Notes under the pieces: generated by a model
Seen by the model: only the letters and a program-made list of their open reading frames with translations
Told to the model about the DNA's origin: nothing
The model's database searches: none
Position numbers and translations under genes: made by a program
DNA from: Marsupella aquatica
Taxonomy: Eukaryota > Plantae > Marchantiophyta
Direction of reading: 5' to 3'
NCBI GenBank assembly: GCA_973895155.1
Contig: OZ316895.1
Location: 6,440,136-6,504,135 of the forward strand
DNA: 64,000 nt
In this document: positions 24,995-37,620 of the stretch, piece by piece
Layout of the letters: every line of letters begins with the position of its first letter
Numbering within the stretch: the first letter of the stretch is position 1

Positions 24995-25999
24995 TTAAGG
25001 AATCACTTTGGTAAAAGCGTCAGCCGGGTTGAGTTTACCATCAATCTTGACTAGCTCAAACATATTATCAAACACAACCTGTCTGATAAAATGGTACCTA
25101 ACATCGATGTGCTTCACTCTGTTGTCCGTCACCTGGTTCACAGCAAGGTGGAGTGCACTCTGACTATCACAATGGAGCTTCACATTCCCTTGTGGCAATC
25201 CCATCTCAGTGATAAGTCTATCCAACCAAATCGCTTCCTTTGCTACTTCCGCTACTGCAACATACTCCGCTTCTGTAGTAGACTGAGCAATACACTTCTA
25301 CAAAGTAGACCTCCAACTTATGCATCCACCTCCAAGTGTGAACACATAACCTGTTGTTGACCTCCTCCGATCCAGATCCTGTGCATAGTCAGCATCTACA
25401 TAGCCCATCAATGATCTAGCATTATCAGCATGTGCATCAAACAATAGACCATGATCCACGGTACCCTTCAAATACCGAATAATCCACTTCACTGCTTCCC
25501 AGTGTACCTTCCCTGGATTCGACATGTACCTGCTCACCTTGCCCATAGCCATGGCAAGATCAGGTCTAGTGCAAGTTATCAAATACATGAGACTCCCCAC
25601 TGCCTTGTCATACGGAACCTTTGACATCAATCCCTTCTCTGTGTCATCTGTAGGACAGAACGCTGATGATAACTTGAAGTGTGGAGCCAACGGGGTACTT
25701 ACTGGCTTGCTATTCCCCATGTTGAACCTTGCAATTACCTTTCTCGCATAACTGCTCTGCGTCAACCATAGCTTGCCAGCCTCCAAGTCCCTAGTGATCT
25801 CCATACCCAAAATCCTCTTAGCTGGCCCTAAGTCCTTCATCTTAAACTCTGCACTAAGCAGTGCCTTGAGCTTAACAATCTCAGCCCTATCCTTGGCTGC
25901 AATTAGCATGTCATCCACATAAAGTACTAAAACAATGAACCCAAAGACAACATTCTTCACCGGTTTAAGATACACACATGGGTCAAACACACTCCTCAG
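24995..25999 (-). pseudogene. Copia reverse transcriptase (C-terminal half) and RNase H
   Basis: DPCVY, LYVDDML, MKDLGPAKRILGMEI, VGSLMY..TRPDL, GYVDADYAQDLDRRRSTTGY, STTEAEY, CDSQSA, KHIDVRYHFIR, NPAD; stop at 25298-25300. Confidence 0.93.
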
Positions 26000-26750
26000 T
26001 ACTACATATTGGCCCCTTTTGCGAAGGTGTTTTTTGACGTCGGGAAGGCCTTGCGATGTTAGCGCCTTCAGATATTTTGTGATGAAACACGCATCACAAT
26101 ATCCCATGCTCTCAATTTCGCAAAATCATGTTGCGAAGCTAAATACATCGCACTTCATTTTGGATGTTATTGACTTCGCAACAACTTGAGATACTAGTTG
26201 TATCGCAATGACTTTGTGAGTCCGCGACCATCATGACCGTATTTGGATACATTTTGATTCATAATTTAGCGATTCTAATACGATCACAGGTGTTTTGTGA
26301 ACCTATTATCTTCGGAAAGTATTGTGAAGAACGTTGAGTCGTGAAGTACTGAATCCAGTTTGGTCGCAAATTTGAGAACCAATTTGTATCAGAAGGACCG
26401 ATGGAATTGTATTCACAAGAGGTCCAAAAATTCCTTCCCGACTACTTCAAAAATGTTTTGCAAAGAGAGTTGTTTGCAAAGTTTTCAGAATGGAAATGTT
26501 TGAGAGAATACTTTAGAAGATGGAGAATGCATGTGTTTAGGTTATAAGCTAGGGATTTCGAAAAGGTGGCATGCATATATGAGGATAACTTTTCTAGTGG
26601 CTAGGGTTGCATATATATAGCGGTAATCTTCAAAGTCCAAGTGTTTGTAAGACAAAAGAAGAAAATAAATAGGTAAATATAAATTAGACCATGATAGTTA
26701 ATATAATCACAATTATACGCCCCACAACAAGTTTTACTACTAGTGATGCA

Positions 26751-29700
26751 TCAAACTTGGTCCTCATCCTCTCCTCTGTTTGACACAATAATAACTTCAG
26801 GTTTTTTTGAGATAATGGAACGAGACCGTGGCACATACGGTATAACAACTGACCACTCATCTGGGTCTGGTGGGTACGGAATATAGAAACACTGCTCAAG
26901 GTGACTTGGAAATGTAAATGGTTCAGATGTTTGCCAATGAGATGGTTGAAAGCTAGTTGTTGATGTCTTCAGTCGAGTAAACCCACAATCATCAAGAAGT
27001 ACCGTGCGATTCTCACCAACCAAGTGAATTTTGAACCACTTATATTTGAAGACATACTCTTCAAATTTTGTATCCGCATCATAGGATACAATCAAGATCT
27101 CCTATATCTTCCCATAGTGAGGCACCACATCTCGGATGACATTGGTGTCATGGCGGCTACTTTGTGAATCCTGCATGAACTGCCCTTGAACTCCACAGTC
27201 AAAAGTTCTACCCCTCTTCTCATCAAGGTCAGAAATCCTGAAATGTCTCCCTTGTGTCCACATTGTTGTTATGGTCTGAACAAGTCTCAAAGGGCCATGA
27301 ACAATTGTTCGAACGTCATGAGTCATATCTGAAAAATGTGATACATTCTCACCTTGGGCCACCATAGCATCCAACTAAAGTACTTTCTTCCTCATATACT
27401 CAAGGAACTTTGGAAAAATCCTTGGGCGACGACTCTCTCTCTTTGCATCCTCATAAAACTCTCTCCATTCTTCCATGACATTGCTATTACTCAACATGAA
27501 AGTAGTCATCTGTGTCAACTCAACTCCGGTCAGTAAGCGTGTTTTTTTGGCTCCTGTTAAACGATCCTCCTCTATTTCTCTCTCTTCCATCCAACTGCGT
27601 GGACAACTAGGATCAATGGTAGCTAAGATGTTGCTGCAATAGAACATACTCTCAGCTGCCAAGTATCCTGTTGCCATGCTCCCCTCCACTCGTGCACAAT
27701 TCCGTACATAAGCCTTTAACACAGCCATGTACCTTTCCAACCAATACATCCAACGACAATGCACTGGACCAGCAATGGCAACCTCCCTCACAAGATGAAC
27801 AAGTAAATGCACTTGACAATCAAAGAAGGAAGGAGGGAGGGCCTTCTCTAACTTTCAAACTACCTCAGCTGCCAATACCTCCATACGTGGGATCTCTTCT
27901 TCATATATTTCCTTTGAGCATATTCATCTCAACAAAGTGCCCAATGACCAGAGGGCATCTTGCACTTCTTCACTGCCCAAGCCTATGATTGCCACAGGAA
28001 GTATATGTTGTAGTAAACGGTGATAGTCATGTGTCTTCAGATACATTGGCCACTTATGACTGTCCTCCATCCCAAAAGCTTTCTGGAGATTGGCACCATA
28101 GCCTGTAGGAAACCACATCTGACCTATACGTTGTCGAAACTCTCTTCTTTCACCAACACTCAAAACCCAAGGAGCTGAAGGACGGTGTTCCATCCCTGTT
28201 GATTCATCAACTGTTATCCATACATCTGGATGTTGTTCTAGATCTTGGCATGCCTCCCTAAAATTATGGTCCTTTTCTCCATAAAAATGCTTGATCAAAG
28301 CCTTCCCAACGTTTCCCTCTATATGCATGGGGTCTAACAAGTGATGAATCTTCAACTCAGGCCAATACGGCAAAGTGGCTAGTATAGTCCACCGTGTCAA
28401 CCCACTTCCATCAAATGTCATGGGGTCGTCAGGGTCTGCCACCCTATCAGCTATGGATTTCCAATGTGCAAAGGATGTACGCTCAGGTATGTCACGCTCA
28501 TCACCATTGATCATGTCAAAGTCTGAAAATAGAAGGGGGTCAGACCTCATCTCATGTCCAAGTGGAAGAAACTTGGTATGCCCAAGGTAGATTATCTTGC
28601 GAAGCCATCTTGAGTACTTGGCCATATCTTCAAGGCTTGGACCACAAGTGGAGCATGCCTTATACCCTTGAGTTTGGAACCCTGAAACAAACCCAAACCC
28701 AAATAACTTTCTCAATTAGAGTCAAAGGATTTTAAAAAATCATGTACATACATAAATACGAGGGACTTCCTCTAAAACAAAGTCTTTAATACATGAAAAC
28801 CTTACCAGGATAGTCATGCATGGTCCACATATTGATTCCCTTTAATTTGAAGACACGCGGTAATCCCCCTGTAGTTTTCTGACCATCATAGGCCCACACA
28901 CCATCCCATAATTTTAAAGTTCCCCAACCAATAGTGCCAAGTAGGTGTCCATGTTTTTTACCTTAGATGGACCTGGGATAATCAATGACAATAATAAGAA
29001 GCCCTTTTTCATGGACAACCATGGTGGAAGGTTGTAATTCATAACAACCACCGGCCAAACTGATGTAGGGCGTCCTTTCCCACCAAGGGAATGGGGGCTG
29101 ACCCCATCTGATGCCAACCCCAACCTCACATGATGAGGGTCATTGACAAACTCTGGCCATTATGACTCCACATGCTTGTGAGCAGGGGAGTCAACTGGCA
29201 ACCGCATGACACCGGCCTCTGATCAATGTGTCTTGTGTCATACCATAAATTCTGCCAAGTCAGAATATCGATACATGTGCAACAATCGAGGAATAATGGG
29301 AAACCAATGGACAACTTTCCTAGGCACCTTTGAGGTCAACATGTTGGCCTCATATCGAGACTCATGACAAATTGGACACTCAGTCCTGTTGGCATTGGTC
29401 TCATGATATAGGATGCAGTCATTCACACAAGCATGAATGATATGATATTCCATACCAATGGATGATAAAACTCTCTTTGCCTCCTTCCAAGAACCTGGCA
29501 ATACATTGTCACTGGGTAACATGAAGTCATGACAAATTGCAAACAAATCCGATAGTAGGGCATTGTTTGCCTTGTATTTTTCCTGAAGGTTCATCAATGC
29601 CAAGATGGCAGAGAGTCTATTCAAGCGAGCACCCCCATAAATAGGTGTTCTAGCATGTGCCTCCGCTTCTTCCCATTGTTGTTGACCTTCTGGTGTATGT

Positions 29701-31293
29701 TGAGGCCGGGGGTCATGTGCAGCATTTGGTGGGGGAGCTCCTTCATTGGGTGGTCCACGTCCACACCAAACCAATCTGTCATGAAGTCATCCATGGCTGT
29801 CTCCTGGTCCTGCATGACCTCATAATCTGTCCTAGGTGCCCCTTCATCCAAACCTTCAATGTCTTTGTCACTGGATGAGGAATCTGTTGATGATATTTCT
29901 CCGTCTCGTGGCATGCCCATTTCATCATACGTAGTTCTCAACCTCCTTGGCAACATATCTTGACTAGGTCGCACATTCTATGGACAACACAATAAAGCAT
30001 TTGCAATCAAACTCCAAATAATAGTGAGACAAATATGTTATTAATAATATGAAAAGGACATGGGTAGCTTACAAAAATATGTTCACACGCAATGAATGAA
30101 CATGTAATACATGAGTGTCCCTAAAATAACTAAGCCTAATCCCACTCATAATGAGTAAACAACTCCTCTCCGGCCTTAATGGTCCTTGCAGCCACAACCA
30201 GACAATGGTCATGATGATATCTTTGTCCATATGGTGCTAGAGGGGGACCATCAACAAAAACCCACTCACAATTTTGCCTACGCTTGGGCCGGGACCCCAC
30301 AGTACTGTTTATGAAACCGGCTATATTCCCACTATGGATGGGATCTCCATCAATTATACGTTGTTCACTATACTTTCTAGTGCAACCATCAAAAGTATCC
30401 ATGTCCAATGCATAAGTCTTCCACTCAGGGTGTTGTACAAGGATCATGTTCCAATGTCTCCTCTTGTAAATGGGTCCACCATATGGGAACAACGTTGGTC
30501 CATCTGGAGACCGCCCTTTTCCACCCATATCATCCACAATGATGTCCTCACAAGAAAAAACTCCATACCCATGTCTCTCCCCTAGTGTAGAACTTTTGAC
30601 AACCCAACGCCTTCCCCAAACCTCTATCTCCTCACCATAGGTTATATCACATGGCAAACCAAGGCAATCAGGATTCCAATCCTTTATGATAGGCACACAT
30701 TTCCCTATGAACATACAAGGTCCCCACCTACCATCAACCCTACAGGTATACTGATCAACTTCCCCTCTCGGCTTCCTTTTAGATCATTTTTTCCCTCTTG
30801 TAACAATACCAACACCCTCAGCTGTCCCAACACTTCCTTGCCCTGTTGCAACTAGAAGAAAAGCTTGTGAAAGGGCCAAGCCTATAGCATCTAGAACTCC
30901 TTGTGAGGGAACATAGGGTGTTGGTGCCGTGGGTGTAGGCCTAGTGGATACCTATATGAAAAAAATCCAACAAAGTAAATGTGAACAACTTCCCAAAACC
31001 TAAGTCATGCTAGGTAGATTTATAAAATTAGAAACAAACAAGGTAACTTTACAACTCACCATATGGGATGAAGAGGCTCCCGGTGTAAGACCTCGATGTT
31101 GTCCATATCTTACAATGTGGTCCGCACATACATATGACTTCTGGACAATCATCCCCACACATTTTTTACAACCACAAAGTTGACGTGGCGGACCACTAGG
31201 TCGACGTACACTTGGTTCAGGCTCAGGAGGAGGAGGAATGTCTTCATCGGAGGAGGAGTCCGATGTGGTGGAAGTTGTAGAGGATGAAGACAT
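26751..31293 (-). pseudogene. CACTA transposase (transposase-associated Zn domain + Transposase_21/Tnp2 + DUF4218/DUF4216-like), spliced, with frameshifts and stops
   Basis: LCGCKKC..CADHIVRYG (exon 31293-31060); IHACVNDCILY..CPICHESRY, LGLASDGVSP, WPVVVMNYNLPPW, MWTMHDYPG, DPMHIEGNV, LKTHDYH, HLLVHLVREVAIAGPVHCRWMYWLER, YGKI, EPFTFPSHLEQCFY..WSVV. Confidence 0.92.
30136..30951 (-). pseudogene. SET-domain (lysine methyltransferase-like) exon inside the CACTA transposase locus
   Basis: SET motifs VVKSSTLGERHGYGVFSCEDI, FPYGGPI, YALD, IDGDPIHSGNIAGFINS, NCEWV, VVAARTIKAGEELFTHY. A phase-0 AG acceptor at 30952-30953 is in frame with the 30136-30714 ORF; there is one TGA at 30784-30786, upstream of the SET domain. 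Confidence 0.82.
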
Positions 31294-31724
31294 CTGGCAA
31301 ATGCAACAAATGTTTGGAGTTTGGAGTTAGTAAAAAAATTCCCAAAACCATCCTTTTTAAACCCTAAGTACACTTTAAACTGAAGTGAAATGAATATTAC
31401 CGTTTTTGAGACTCGGGCTCAGCAATGCCTATAGGTCTTCAGGCTCAAACTTGATGAACCCAATCTGGAAGTAGGAGGGAAAAATCTGCAAATATATAAT
31501 ACATTATAAGCCATGACTCATGATCAAGTAGAGAAAGGGATGATACTCTATAACCCTCAATAGTTCCAATATAAACCAAAAGGCTTTAAAACAAGTTGTA
31601 CCTTTCAGATGCCCGGGCTCTCGCAATGCATATGCATTAGGCCAAAACTTTGAAAAAGATGCGGAAGTGTCGTGCAAGTAGTCCTAGAGTGTTCCAACCC
31701 TTTGTGTTAATGGAAAAATGAAAG

Positions 31725-32195
31725 CATACCCTAAATGAAAACCTAACCCAAACCCCTACCCTGGACCCTAACCCTAAACCCTTAGTGAACCCTAACCCAA
31801 AGTAAACCCTCAATTAGAAAATAAACAAAACCTCTATTAAAACCTAACTCAAACCCCTACCCTAGACCCTAACATAACTTCAAAGGTAAAACCTAAGTAA
31901 TAGGAACCCCAACCTTAAACCCACACCCAAACTTCAAAGGTAAAACCTTACTAACCAAAACCCTTACCTTAAACTCTAACCCAAAGCATTTCCCATGAAA
32001 CCCTAACCCAAAGCCCTCAATTAAATAGACCATGACCCTAAACTTCAATATAGTGCAAAAACCCTGAGTTAGAAGTCAAAGCCAACCCTTACATTAAAAC
32101 CTAACCCCTACATTAAACCCCTACATTGGACAAAAAAATAAATTAAGTCCCTCAATTAAACACAAAACACCTTAACTCAAAACCCAATTATATTT
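31725..32195 (+). repeat. Degenerate telomere-like (AAACCCTAA) repeats between the two divergent CACTA genes
   Basis: Numerous aaccctaa/aacctaa/aaccccta units. Confidence 0.75.
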
Positions 32196-32654
32196 TCCTA
32201 ACTTGGCAAATCACAAGAGTTGTGGGTTTAAGCAATTTACCCTTCTAAAGCCGTTTAATGTACTCGGGATTGTTTTCCACCCTAAACCGATATCACCTGC
32301 CTCGCAAATTAGTTCACAACTTAGAGAGAAATTTTGCGAACCTCTACGCTTCGCAACGGCTTCGCAAAAACAGAGGCCGAGAGCAAATTTTGGTCCCTTC
32401 TGCAGGTTGCGATTTCCTTGCGATGACTAAACCTTCACAATAGGGTCGCAATTTGCGAAATAGTTTGCGAAGCGTATAGGATGGGAGTTTCCCATGCAAA
32501 TCTGATCGCAACACCCGTTTTTTAATGCCGTAAGTATCGGCGGGAGCTCGCGTTGAGCTCATTCCTATGTTTTGTCGAGAGAACGAGCGGAGAAGGCGAG
32601 AGGGTAGTGTAGCTGCGCGCAAGGAGAAGAAAGAGACTTGAGAGGCGGAAGGCT

Positions 32655-34703
32655 ATGGCTGGTGGTGAGGGAAGTGGACAACATGGTGCTAGTGGTGGTA
32701 GTGGTAGTGGCAATGGGACGAATCAAGAGAAGGAGGGTCCGAATGCATTCGCGGATTTAGTGGCCCAACATCTCAATGCTGCACAGTTGGGCAAAGTGAA
32801 TTTGAATACTCCAGCAGGGCTTGCCTCGTTGAGTGGCATTCTAGGGCAGATTCTACAGACAGGAATTCTAGCAGGGCAGGCTACTAGAGGGGAGGAGGAA
32901 AGGGCCGCAGCTGAGGAGAAAGCTAGAGAGAAAAAAAGGAAGAGAGAGGAGAGGGATAAATCGGGAGTTGCTTCTCCTCAAGCCCTTGAAAAAAGAAGAG
33001 AAGAGAGGAGAGGGATGCAATTCGAAAACAGAGGGATGAGCAACGTCAAAAAGAGGAAGCAAGGAAAAAGTTGCCATTCATTGCCTTGGAGACGAGTGGA
33101 ACTCCAACAGAGCTAGCCTATGCAGGGGCTAAGAGCACAATCAAGCAGATCATCACAAGCAATTTCTCACGAGGCATGCAGTGGGGAAAGGTTGAGAAGG
33201 CAGAACGAAAGAGGGTGATCAATTAGATCAAGGATGCATTTCACAACGGACCTGACATAGATGAGCAATGGCTGGGAGACAAGATTTCAAATTCTATGTC
33301 TCAAATGAGATACCATGACAGGATGAAGATCACAGCCCACCTGAAAGACTTGAGATTGTACAGGAATTTGCGTAGACCCCTCCATTTCACCAAGGACATT
33401 TGGAATGCATTTTACAAGATTGAGGTGCAGATCAAAGCAGCTGGTGAGTTAGATCAGTGGAAGGATGCATTGGCTTGAGCCTTGAAGGCAAAGGAGGCCG
33501 GGAAGCTCTCCCCTGACCACGACCTGAAGGGACTCGAACAAAAGGTGGCTGATGTGCAGAAGGTGGTTGATCAAGAAGGAAGACCACCCAAGCGATTCAC
33601 TGATGCAGCCAAGTGAATAAAGGCCACCCCAAATCCAATCCACAGGTTGGGTCAAGGCGGGCTCCCCGGCCTCAAGGCTCACTTTGTGAGTGCCTCCTCC
33701 CATTCATACTCTCTTTCCAACTTAGTTTCCCAGTGGGGCAATGCAAGTGAATGGAATCCCATGAATGTTGAAGCTCTCATGTGCTTTGCTTGTGTATTGT
33801 TTTAGGTCATGTCTGACACTTAGAATTTCGGGCACCTTTTTAAAAACTCTCGGGAAAACAGTTTGCGAACCCGTTGCGATGCGTATCCCTTCGCAACCTG
33901 TTCGCAAACTCTATTATGGACTTTTGTTTTTCCCTAGTTGCAAACCCGTTGCAAAGGAACGCGCATTGCAACGGACATCGCAATGAGTTTGCAAAATATT
34001 GGCCTTCGCATGTTGTCAACCTATTAGCTTCGCAAAGTTTATGAATTCCCTTGGAATGAGGTTTGTTTTTGTGGGGTTTAATTAGGGTGAGTTTTAGGTT
34101 ATAAGCTAGGTTTTATTTTTCTGTGTTTAATTTTTGGTGGCATGCATGACAGTACTGGAAATACAAGAGAAAGATATCAAAGAAACATATTGAGACAGCA
34201 ATGGAGCACGGACGAAAGTACCTCTGTGCAATGGTAGATGCCGAGTTGGCTACTGTGAGTATCTTAGTTTTGACAATTTTTTAGTTGTCATGCAAACATT
34301 GTTGGGGACCCTTTAATTTTGCATAAACTCATTGAGTATATGGATGCAGGATTCGGATGAGCCTGAGAGGTCGGGTGCTGATGTGAGCAGTAGTGATGAT
34401 GAGGATCAGCCCCTTACTAGTGGTGCTCAGGGGGGAGACAATAGCCATGAGGGCGGTTCATCCCACCGTGGCAGTCACACTAGTCTTGCGTCAGCGAGAC
34501 AGGTTGATGATGAGGGGGAGCAGGAGGCAGGTGACGACGATGAGGATGAGCAGGAGGGGCAGGAGGAGCAAGAGCAGGAGGACGAGCAGGAGCACCCACG
34601 GGCCCTGCGCACCCGTCAGCAGCAGGATATACGTTCCCGAAAGGATAAGGGCAAGAAGCCGGGCAAGAAGCCGGGCAAGAGGGGTAGAAAGAGCCCATTT
34701 TAG
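32655..34703 (+). pseudogene. CACTA second ORF (TnpA/Ptta-like), spliced, frameshifted, acidic C-terminus
   Basis: Pieces at 32655-~33685 (coiled coil, QWGKVEKAERKRV, RPLHFTKDIWNAF, HRLGQGG), ~34153-34255 and ~34350-34703 (D/E-rich, then KGKKPGKK). The HxLGxxG motif resembles plant CACTA ORF2 proteins. Confidence 0.6.
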
Positions 34704-35350
34704 TAAGTTTGAGTGACTAGCCATGTAAGAGCTTAGGATAGGAAGAGGTAGGAGATGGTTAGTAGGGTCCACTTGGCATCACATATGCCACCTCTCTTAT
34801 GAATAGGGTTCCTTGAACTCCTATATTTTGTACATGCACCTATTTCTCATCTTATAAACACCAATTTTGCCTTCCAATACATTGGGTCCATACCCAAGAG
34901 GAATACCTCGCAAAATGTTTATTGAAGCTTGTGCTTTCAAACAATTGCGAACCGGTTGAGAATTCCTAAACTTCAAAACTAACCAGCTCATTTACCTTGC
35001 AACTTGTGAGCAACATTGCATCACACTTTTACATTCAATCTAGTTCACAACTATCCCATTCTTCTCTCTTTGCTAATTGCGAACACAATTGATTCGTTCT
35101 ATTTGAAGCAAAACACTCCAGTATTTGCGATACAAATGAAACGGCAACTTATGAACCTAAAAGTATCTCAGATTCCGAGTCAACTAATACCGCAAACCAT
35201 CTGCAAAGCAAAAGCGTTTGCAAATTTGAACAACCGCAGCGGCGTTGGTGTGGGGATTTGCGAACTGCATGCAATACGCAAAACATCGCACAGATACGGC
35301 AAATTGCAAGGCTATGTGGTTGGGTAATTGCAAAGTTGTTGCGATGGTGT

Positions 35351-37620
35351 TCTCCATCCTCCTTCAATAATCTGGATTCATTGAAGGAAACATCCCTACT
35401 GACAACGAGCTTACAGGCAATAGGATCCCATAGCCTATAGGCTTTCACACCACTCTGGTACCCAAGAAAAACACATTTCTTGGAGGTAGGATCCAACTTG
35501 GTCATATTCTACTTCGGTGTGAGAGCATATGCATCACTTCCAAAAACTACCAAGCCATGATAGTCTGCTTGCCGCTTATAGCGCATCTCAAACGACATTT
35601 TGAAATTGATAGCACTAGAAGGAGAAAGATTTACCAAATAAGCTGCGGTATTGACAACTTCTGCCCAAAATTCTTGTGGTAAACCTGATTGGCTCAACAT
35701 ACTCTGTGACCGCTCCAACAGTGTCCGATTGAGCCTCTTAGCGACACCATTCTGCTGCGGAGTATAAACTGTGGTGAGATGGCGAGTTATCCCCTGTTCT
35801 GAACAGTATTCTTCAAATTCCATTGAAGTGTACTCCCCGCCGTTGTGTGACCTCAGACTCTTCACCCTTGTATCCAAACACTTGATCGTGTTTCCAGTCT
35901 GATTCTCCACCTGGGCCTTCCACTTCTTAAAAATGGACAAGACATCAAACTTATGCATCATGAAATAAATCCACACAAATCTTGAGTAATCGTCAATAAA
36001 TGATACATAGTAAAACTTTCTAGAGTGTGAGGAAGTCGGGGATGGACCCCACACGTCACTATGTATGTACTCAAGAACCGCTTTGGAATGATGAGTTCCA
36101 ACACCAAAAGCACGACGATGCTGCTTTCCAAGAATGCAATGCTCACAGAACTCTAATTTACAAGATTGCAAATAAAAAATGAGTCCATTCTTCCGTAAGA
36201 TAGCCAAACCCTTCTCACTCATGTGGCCTAGCCGTGAATGCCACAGTTGAGTCATCTCCTCGTGAGACTTGGTTACATTGGCCTCTCTACATACAGTATT
36301 GCCCTGTAACACATACAAATTCTTTTGTCTGCTTCCCTTCAAAATCACTGTCTCTCCCGACGTGACTTGAAGTTCACCATCAATAACGCTCCATTGATGA
36401 CCATTTGAATCCAACACACCGAGTGAAATCAGATTCTTACGCATGCCAGGTACATACCGGACTCCGGACACTGTGCGCACAACGCCATCAAATATTTGAA
36501 TCTTCATAGACCCAATTCCCTCAATTTGATAGGAGTGATCATTTCCCATCAGAACTGAACCGTTTGAAATAGAGTAAGAACTGAAAAACTCACGAATGTA
36601 ACAAATATGAAAGAGCAAGCACAATCAAGAATCCACACATCATCTGCTCTCCTAGATGACGTGCACAGGGCATACCCCCGGCTTCATAAAACATACTAAT
36701 CATTGAGTAAATCAGCTTCTCCATCAGCCCTAGCCACATTTGCCGATGAAGTTTCCGTTGCCTTTCCCTTACAGACTTGCTTGAAGTGTCCAACTTGGTT
36801 GCACTTCCAACATGTCACCTGCCTCCTCTGAGGGGATTTACCCCTGGACTTAGATCTGGATTTAGATCTAAACTGGGTTCTACGGTCCCCACTTGGTCGC
36901 TGCATACTCCTCCCACGGTTAACATTGAGGGTAGCACCAGATGATGAAGGCTGTGACGTGATGTGCATCTTCTGCTGAAGATCATCACTAAGCAGAGAAC
37001 TTACCACGTCATTGTATGAAATGGTATCCCTATCACGATGCAACAACACTCGTGATAGGGACTGGTAAGATGGAGGCAATGAACTAAGAAGCTGCAGAGC
37101 CTTCGTCTCATCATTCAAAGTCTCCCCAAGGTTTTCCAAGTCAACGACCATGTCGTTGAAAGCATCCACATGGTCTTGCAACTTCGTACCGGATTCTTTC
37201 ATCCTGAAACTCATCAGTTTGTAGGAAGTGTAGAGCCGGTTCGACAACTCCTTGCGGTGATACTTGCTCTGCAATTTTGCAAACAAGGATATGCAATCCT
37301 TATGTGCACCTAACTGCTTGATGATGGGAGGCATGAGATAAAGTGTAACACACCACACTCCCTGCTCCTGCATGCGGTCCCATTGTTTCTCATCAACATT
37401 GTCTTCACGAGGGCTCAACAGTTGGCCCATCCTTGACGCATAGAGCACTCCCTTCACCTACTTCTCCCATAGCAAGTAGTCAGAGCGCCCATCATACTTT
37501 GTCACTTCATACTTGGGTCCCCCAAGCTTGAAAGTCCCCATCTTCTTCTTTGGCACTACCGTGAGCTCCGGTAGTAGTATTGCTTCCTCCACCACACGCC
37601 GCACCGGTGATGGTATCGGT
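35351..37620 (-). pseudogene. Copia gag, protease, GAG-pre-integrase and integrase
   Basis: Gag (LLSSLPPSY, CWKCNQVGHFKQVC zinc knuckle), protease (WILDCACSFH), LWHSRLGHMSEKGL..CEHC, HSDVWGP, FIDDYSR, NGGEY, TPQQNGVAKR, KLDPTSKKCVFLGY; frameshifts and stops are present. Confidence 0.93.

Larger units (their letters stand above)
26000..35350. mobile_element. CACTA (En/Spm, CMC) DNA transposon, right end lost
   Basis: The left end tactacatattggcccctttt-gcgaag is CACTA with C>T. It has TTGCGA/TCGCAA subterminal motifs at both ends, a Tnp2 transposase and a TnpA-like ORF. No terminal TAGTG was found on the right. Confidence 0.88.

Noticed and set aside
25298-26107. 269-aa ORF as an intact RT gene with a novel N-terminus
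   Set aside because: The first ~36 residues are read-through from the CACTA terminus, so the fusion is an insertion artefact.
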